A stretch of 58,217 nucleotides of DNA from Pseudomonas phage UF_RH7. Below, in pieces: positions 53,605 to 58,217 of the stretch. The stretch is taken from sequence record OR589135.1; one strand, given 5' to 3'. The translations under genes were made by a program, and so were the position numbers. The stretch's first letter is position 1; every line of letters starts with the position of its first letter. Below the pieces are notes generated by a model that made no database searches, was not told the DNA's origin, and saw nothing but the letters and a program-made list of their open reading frames with translations.

Positions 53605-54012
53605 ATGGATAAATTAAATATGTCCTACGCGCAGGCCGTTTCGTTTTTCACAATGGGCATGCTTAGCAACCCGGAAAGATTCGGCCGCGCGGTTGATTTG
53701 TACGACGCCGGGCAAATTGAATTCATGGAATCGGTATTGCCGTTAGCCGTTGCGATTGAGCGCGTTTATGATGCGATTGAAGAGCATCACGATAATTGTT
53801 CCGTTGTTTGGGGCTACGATATTTTGGAACCATTCGGCGCGTGGGTAGTTGAATTTATGTCAGACCCTGAAAATTGTGGTTGCGTGCCCGGACAAGAGGC
53901 GATCGACTATTTAGCGCCGCGCTTGTTGGAGGCGTTCAACGTAAGCAATTACCCGGACAAATTCGCTAAACAGGTTGCCGAGGCATTCCGCCACGGTGTA
54001 GGGGCTATCTGA
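53605..54012 (+). CDS. Hypothetical protein (135 aa).
   Basis: ATG 53605 with GGGGG SD. The ORF-track start at 53563 is less likely. Confidence 0.45.
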   Translation: MDKLNMSYAQAVSFFTMGMLSNPERFGRAVDLYDAGQIEFMESVLPLAVAIERVYDAIEEHHDNCSVVWGYDILEPFGAWVVEFMSDPENCGCVPGQEAIDYLAPRLLEAFNVSNYPDKFAKQVAEAFRHGVGAI

Positions 54013-54245
54013 TGGCACGCACCCCGGAGCAACAGCGCAGCGAGGCCGCCCGGTGGCGCGGCTACTGGAAAGCTAAGGGCTTTTCCATGGGTGGCGACCG
54101 TGATCGCGTCGTACTGACGCGCCCGGACTGCCGGATCGAATACAAGCGAGGCGGCTGGCACGTTGCCACTGCTGAAGGCGTTAACAGCATGCGGGCGATA
54201 GGCTGCGCGGAAATGCTGGTCGGCGCGTTAAAACTAGTTCACTGA
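54012..54245 (+). CDS. Hypothetical protein (77 aa).
   Basis: ATCTGATG coupling. Confidence 0.4.
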   Translation: MARTPEQQRSEAARWRGYWKAKGFSMGGDRDRVVLTRPDCRIEYKRGGWHVATAEGVNSMRAIGCAEMLVGALKLVH

Positions 54246-54254
54246 GGGGCTACC

Positions 54255-54482
54255 ATGAAAACTGTAAACGTTACCGCCGAGATCGTCGGCACTGGCGCGA
54301 ATCTGTATAACGTCGAATTAACCCCGGATGGCTGGGATTCGAACGCGCTTTATCTGGCCGCAGGCGATACCCCGGAGCAGGCCGCCGCCGCCGCGCTGGC
54401 TGATCTGAATAGTGACGGCGCAATTGATGGATGCGACGTTGAACAGGCCGTGCATATTATCGGGACTTTTTGCCATGGGTAA
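54255..54482 (+). CDS. Hypothetical acidic small protein (75 aa).
   Basis: SD gagggg. Confidence 0.4.
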   Translation: MKTVNVTAEIVGTGANLYNVELTPDGWDSNALYLAAGDTPEQAAAAALADLNSDGAIDGCDVEQAVHIIGTFCHG

Positions 54483-54768
54483 ACGCATCGTTTTAAACCC
54501 GCTTGTCGTGCGCCTGGCTAACCGGGAAGTAAAATTCCAGCTGGTGCGGGGATCCGTGCCGGGTGAGTACGATTTAGAGCGCTGCGATAGCCTGGCCGGT
54601 TGCGAGGTTGTCGGACGGGTTAGCTTTTGCAGTGGGGCGATGGAACCTTGTTACTTTGTCAAACCGTGGGGGCGGTGGAAGTCCGCGCCCCGTTACATTG
54701 AATCAACGTTGGCGGGCATTTTGGCAAAATCCGCTGAAAAAGAGGTGAAAGGCTATGATCAAATTTAA
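54475..54768 (+). CDS. Hypothetical protein (about 97 aa from ATG 54475).
   Basis: Overlap coupling with the previous stop. Confidence 0.4.
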   Translation: MGKRIVLNPLVVRLANREVKFQLVRGSVPGEYDLERCDSLAGCEVVGRVSFCSGAMEPCYFVKPWGRWKSAPRYIESTLAGILAKSAEKEVKGYDQI

Positions 54769-54964
54769 AATCATGATGATCGTCCGGCTGCTGTTGTCTG
54801 GCGTCGTGGCGGTCGCTGGTCTGGTCATCGCTGGCCGCTATTGGCTAATCGCGGATGACCTTGTGAACGCGGCGATCGTCGTCATTATCGCGGGCGTCGT
54901 CGTCTCAATCTGCGCCCCGGATGCCGCTGATCTGGAAGACTTGCAGCGGTTAATTGAAAAATAG
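54755..54964 (+). CDS. Small membrane protein (2 TMs).
   Basis: 69 aa. Confidence 0.4.
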   Translation: MIKFKIMMIVRLLLSGVVAVAGLVIAGRYWLIADDLVNAAIVVIIAGVVVSICAPDAADLEDLQRLIEK

Positions 54965-54986
54965 CGCATTAAAAACTTGTATCCCT

Positions 54987-55034
54987 CGTTATCTAGTGTT
55001 AGATTTGTTTTAACAGATTTACATTACTAGATAA
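54987..55034 (+). promoter_or_regulatory. 10-bp perfect inverted repeat GTTATCTAGT / ACTAGATAAC bracketing a -10-like TACATT (55019-55024) upstream of gene 55047.
   Basis: Read from the sequence. Architecture parallels the 44721-44773 element. Confidence 0.4.
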
Positions 55035-55046
55035 CAGGGGTTCAAA

Positions 55047-55883
55047 ATGGACATTATCACTTCAGAATCAATCATCAGCCTTTTCCTTTCTTACGCGTCG
55101 AAAGTCCATCATGGCAAGTCGACGATAAAAAATGCCCGTGAACGTATCGCGGCCGAGATGGCTGCATATCAAACGCAAGTCATTTGCCAGTATACCCGCC
55201 GCCGCATTGCGTTTTATGCGGATGCCGTGGCAAACGCCAAGGCAGCACGGAAAAACACGTTTTTCACGTTGCTGGTGGATCTGTCAAACGACGTGCGGGA
55301 AGAGGCGCGCCTGATGGCGGTTGCCCATAGTGAAGCGCTGATCGTCAATGAGTCATACGACGAAACGCCAGAATGCCCGAACGGTAACCGCCTGATCCAC
55401 GCCGTGGCGCGCGTATTCGGTCGCGCTGAATCACTCTCATGGGTTAGTACCGCTGGTGTGGTTAATGTCCGCTTTGATGGCGATGACGGCGTGATCTACA
55501 GCTACGACGAAGATTCAAACGGCAGCGGCACGATCGCCGAGTTTGACGGCGCGGCGTGGCATTTCGTGGGGTGGCTGGAAGTCAAAAACCCGACTGTAGA
55601 AAACCTGCGCGCCGCGCTGCCGAAATCCGCTATTGAACCATGGGGGCGGTTTACCTTGCAGATCGGCAATCACAATTACACGGGGTTCACGTCTGCCGCT
55701 GCGGCGCGTGATGCCTATGACCAAATGCGGGACGAATCCAACAAGGGCGCGCGTGATTGGTGGGTGCATTGCTCAATCACTGACGGCAAGGAACGCGTTT
55801 ACCTGTCTTACAACGGGCGCGCGTGGCGTGACAAGGCGCACACTAAAGAGGTTTTCTTAACGCTGAATACCGGGGGTTTTTGA
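55047..55883 (+). CDS. Hypothetical protein (278 aa).
   Basis: ORF only. Confidence 0.45.
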   Translation: MDIITSESIISLFLSYASKVHHGKSTIKNARERIAAEMAAYQTQVICQYTRRRIAFYADAVANAKAARKNTFFTLLVDLSNDVREEARLMAVAHSEALIVNESYDETPECPNGNRLIHAVARVFGRAESLSWVSTAGVVNVRFDGDDGVIYSYDEDSNGSGTIAEFDGAAWHFVGWLEVKNPTVENLRAALPKSAIEPWGRFTLQIGNHNYTGFTSAAAARDAYDQMRDESNKGARDWWVHCSITDGKERVYLSYNGRAWRDKAHTKEVFLTLNTGGF

Positions 55884-56011
55884 TTATGTGCGTGATTAAT
55901 TATCTGAATCGTTTTTCTAATCGCGGCGTGTGGTTGCACCTGATCGCCTTTTGTCTGGTGTGCCATGCTGCGGCGGCCGCTATCGTTATCAATCTGCTCT
56001 AAGGGGTTATC

Positions 56012-56758
56012 ATGGATCTTAAAAATATTCCCGTCCGTTTCGCGCTTGAGGTCGCCGCGTTTGCTGGCGCTGGGGCGTTGTCCGCGAAAGAGGCGATCGA
56101 AAAAGCGCTACGCGCGGCCGATCGTGATTACAACATGTACGACGCAACAGGCTACGGTGACCGGGAAACCGTTTCTCTGATTGTCCCCGCCGTGGTTTGG
56201 GCTTGTGATTCCCTGTACGGTAACCAACGCTTCAATCCTCCGGCTGATACGCTGATGTGCTACGACTACGTAGAACCTTGCGCCGGATGTTTAGCCGCGC
56301 GGCTGTTGCCTACCCCGGAAACCGGAGATCGTGATTTTGTTGATTTCATCCGGTCTTATGCGCTGGGGTGGATGGAAGACCTTGCTCGTCAGCGCGGCGA
56401 CCTCAAAGAGGAAAACCCGGATGAAATCGCGCCCGGTCTCGGCGTGTTTAAGACCGTGTGCGCATCAACCGATCACCTGCCTTTCGCCGATTATCAGCTG
56501 TTGAAGGCGCACGCGTACCGGGAAGACGTGGAAGCGGCCACCGCGCCGTATTGGATTATCAATCACCCCGTGGGCGTCCAGCTGCAGCCGGTTACCGCGC
56601 CATTGTGGGCGGATGAATTGCGGGAATTCGGCGTTAGTCTGGCAACCGTGAACATGATCCGCGACGTGCTGCGGCTTGGCTATGGCGCGGTGCTGTTCCA
56701 CGAAGACGCCGACGTCTTGGAGGGCGTGCCCGTGGCGCGGGATAACGATGGCGCTTGA
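56012..56758 (+). CDS. Hypothetical protein (248 aa).
   Basis: SD aagggg. Confidence 0.45.
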   Translation: MDLKNIPVRFALEVAAFAGAGALSAKEAIEKALRAADRDYNMYDATGYGDRETVSLIVPAVVWACDSLYGNQRFNPPADTLMCYDYVEPCAGCLAARLLPTPETGDRDFVDFIRSYALGWMEDLARQRGDLKEENPDEIAPGLGVFKTVCASTDHLPFADYQLLKAHAYREDVEAATAPYWIINHPVGVQLQPVTAPLWADELREFGVSLATVNMIRDVLRLGYGAVLFHEDADVLEGVPVARDNDGA

Positions 56759-56867
56759 TTGGGTATTGGCCGCGCTGGGTTTCGAGACGCTCGGCGGCCT
56801 GATTTCGTATGTGTCTATTTTCGTCGCCGTCGGCTTTATCGCGGGCAAGATTTTCAGGAGAAAGTGA
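56749..56867 (+). CDS. 39-aa hydrophobic peptide (MALDWVLAALGFETLGGLISYVSIFVAVGFIAGKIFRRK).
   Basis: ATGA-type coupling on both sides. The ORF-track entry 56676-56867 has a longer, unlikely N-terminus. Confidence 0.3.
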
Positions 56868-57025
56868 TGAAACAATTTTATGCAAATATTCCGGGCGTGG
56901 CGCACGCGCTTAAAGTTTTCGGGCGTGACGAAAAAGAAGCGCGCCAACGCCTGCGAGATCGTGAAGGATATGGCGACCGCCTGCCTGCGGGGACTAAATT
57001 GTATCCGGTTGAAGGGGTCAAATGA
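56867..57025 (+). CDS. Small hypothetical protein (52 aa, MKQFYANIPGV...).
   Basis: GTGATGA coupling. Confidence 0.3.
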   Translation: MKQFYANIPGVAHALKVFGRDEKEARQRLRDREGYGDRLPAGTKLYPVEGVK

Positions 57026-57231
57026 TGATCGTTCAAAAGCACATTTGCGATGTCCGTCCGGGTGACGTTGTGCGCCACGCAGGCGCAGATCGCACAGTCG
57101 GGAATGCCGACCTGAAGTCCGGGTTTATGGGTGTAACGTTATTCGGCGATTCGTACCGCCTCGGTCGCCAGCTGGTAGACGTGGTAGTCATTGAAAGCGC
57201 CATGCCTAACGCCGCAGGGGCGCAATCATGA
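57022..57231 (+). CDS. Hypothetical protein (69 aa).
   Basis: ATGA coupling. Confidence 0.35.
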   Translation: MMIVQKHICDVRPGDVVRHAGADRTVGNADLKSGFMGVTLFGDSYRLGRQLVDVVVIESAMPNAAGAQS

Positions 57232-57434
57232 ATGGCATTTTGTTATCCGCCATGGTGCTGTTGTTTCTGATTTGGGCGGATCTCTTTGTGCTGGATAGTG
57301 CCCGCAAAAAGTGGCAACGCGGCATTATCCACCGCGATCAGTTTCGACGTTTTGAGATAGCGATTCTGGCAAAGGGTTTAGTTATTTACCCGACGTTTGT
57401 TTTCCTTTTCATCCAACTGGTTTTAGCGAGGTAA
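57228..57434 (+). CDS. Small membrane protein (2 TMs).
   Basis: 68 aa. Confidence 0.35.
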   Translation: MNGILLSAMVLLFLIWADLFVLDSARKKWQRGIIHRDQFRRFEIAILAKGLVIYPTFVFLFIQLVLAR

Positions 57435-57436
57435 TC

Positions 57437-57643
57437 ATGATTATTCAATGGGCAATCGTTTTGACTATTTGCACGGCTGGCACGCCGGATAAGCCGGAAA
57501 GCTGCGATGACTGGGTGCGCGATATGCGCCCGACTTATTCCGAATGCGTTAAGGAGTTGCCCAAATATGCAGGGGAACCGGGGTTAGCCGTGGGTGCATG
57601 TGAACGCGCTATTCCGATGCCTGAAGGCACGCCACCCGCCTGA
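57437..57643 (+). CDS. Small secreted or membrane-anchored Cys-containing protein.
   Basis: 68 aa. N-terminal hydrophobic segment, 4 Cys. Confidence 0.35.
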   Translation: MIIQWAIVLTICTAGTPDKPESCDDWVRDMRPTYSECVKELPKYAGEPGLAVGACERAIPMPEGTPPA

Positions 57644-57668
57644 TCGTTTGTCCAAATCGCCACTAATC

Positions 57669-57698
57669 AAGCCCGCCACCCATGCGGGCTTTTTGTTT
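57669..57698 (+). terminator. Rho-independent terminator gcccgc-cacccat-gcgggc + tttttgtttg.
   Basis: Ends the rightward block before the non-coding right end. Confidence 0.7.
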
Positions 57699-57859
57699 GT
57701 GATCTGCAATCCGCATTTCTTCAACGCCTGGCCGCCTCGATTTAAGGGGTGTACAGCCTACCTACACGACGCGATCGCCCCTATAGGCAAGCCGTCATAT
57801 AGCTAACCCAGAATAACGCCGTCTCGGCCTTCTCAGAACGTTTTAAGCGAACATATACC

Positions 57860-58170
57860 CGCCCGCTACCCTGGCCGCCTGGTTTGTGGGGGTGTGGGCT
57901 GGCCGTGGTGCGCATGCATGGCTTGTTGTCTGGCTGTTGCGTGGCTGGGTGTGCTGCATGGCGTGGTGACGGTCTGGCATGGTGCGCATGCGTGGCTTGT
58001 TGCCTGTTGCTCTGATGTTCACGGGGTGGCTACGGCTACATGGTGCGCTGTATGCCCTGCTATCTGCGTATCAATCAACTAACAACGATTTAAATTTATT
58101 TGTCTAGGCTGGCTGGTCACCCGGTAGCGGTCAAAAGGAATCACATCGTAATCGGTCAAAAGGTACTCCT
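57860..58170. repeat. Right-end non-coding region with extreme G+T strand bias (almost no A across about 57880-58020). Direct repeats TGGTGCGCATGC(A/G)TGGCTTGTTG at 57906 and 57980, a partial at 58039, and CGGTCAAAAGG ×2 at about 58128 and 58160.
   Basis: Read from the sequence. The ORF 57894-58082 is judged spurious. Confidence 0.65.
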
Positions 58171-58204
58171 AAGCCCTTGTTTCTGCGGGGCGGGGGCGCG
58201 GAGC

Positions 58205-58217
58205 AGATCGGAAGAGC
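58205..58217. other. Illumina TruSeq adapter remnant AGATCGGAAGAGC at the contig end.
   Basis: Exact match to the universal adapter prefix. Marks a read or physical end. Confidence 0.9.

Noticed and set aside
57894-58082. 62-aa ORF (Cys/Trp/Val-rich) in the right-end GT-rich region
   Set aside because: Composition-driven frame in non-coding repeat DNA at the genome end.

Overview
The window looks like an essentially complete linear genome (about 58.2 kb, roughly mid-50s % GC) of a tailed siphovirus of Enterobacteriaceae. The contig ends in an Illumina adapter remnant (AGATCGGAAGAGC, 58205-58217), and both ends are non-coding and repeat-rich, so they are probably the physical termini.

Gene layout:
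- A leftward operon (3295→407) encodes an HTH protein and a primase-polymerase/SF3 helicase.
- A long rightward block (3473→37358) starts with a T7-like replication module: a hypothetical protein, a Cas4/DUF2800-like nuclease, a gp2.5-like SSB, a family-A DNA polymerase, a VRR-NUC nuclease and an SNF2 helicase.
- The same block continues with a lambda-like morphogenesis set: Nu1-like small terminase, gpA-like large terminase, gpW, portal gpB, gpC protease with a nested Nu3-like scaffold, gpD, gpE, FII, Z, U, V, G/G-T with an A_AAA_AAG -1 frameshift, a 1494-aa tape measure, a gpM-like fusion, gpL, a gpJ-like protein, and fibres.
- The block ends with a lysis cassette: two holin-like proteins, a muramidase-type endolysin, and i- and o-spanins.
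- A leftward early/accessory block (51014→37360) encodes many small proteins plus RdgC, a large C5-cytosine methyltransferase, MazG, a DEDDh exonuclease, a nucleoside-2-deoxyribosyltransferase-like protein, a YpsA/SLOG-like protein, and a lipoprotein moron.
- A rightward block of small unknown genes follows (51622→57643).

The two divergent intergenic hubs (3296-3472 and 51015-51621) carry candidate promoters. The second hub holds an array of six ~20-bp iterons.

The most striking feature is a recurring C-terminal acidic tail ending in Leu ([D/E]3-4-L-COOH) on at least 11 unrelated proteins. These include the primase-helicase, SSB, nuclease, SNF2, RdgC, small terminase and several small proteins. 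The tail is absent from the DNA polymerase, which is reminiscent of the T7 gp2.5/gp4 acidic-tail docking code, but expanded.

The tape-measure length (~220 nm predicted tail) and overall size and content fit a Chi-like (flagellotropic) siphovirus, but that assignment is tentative.
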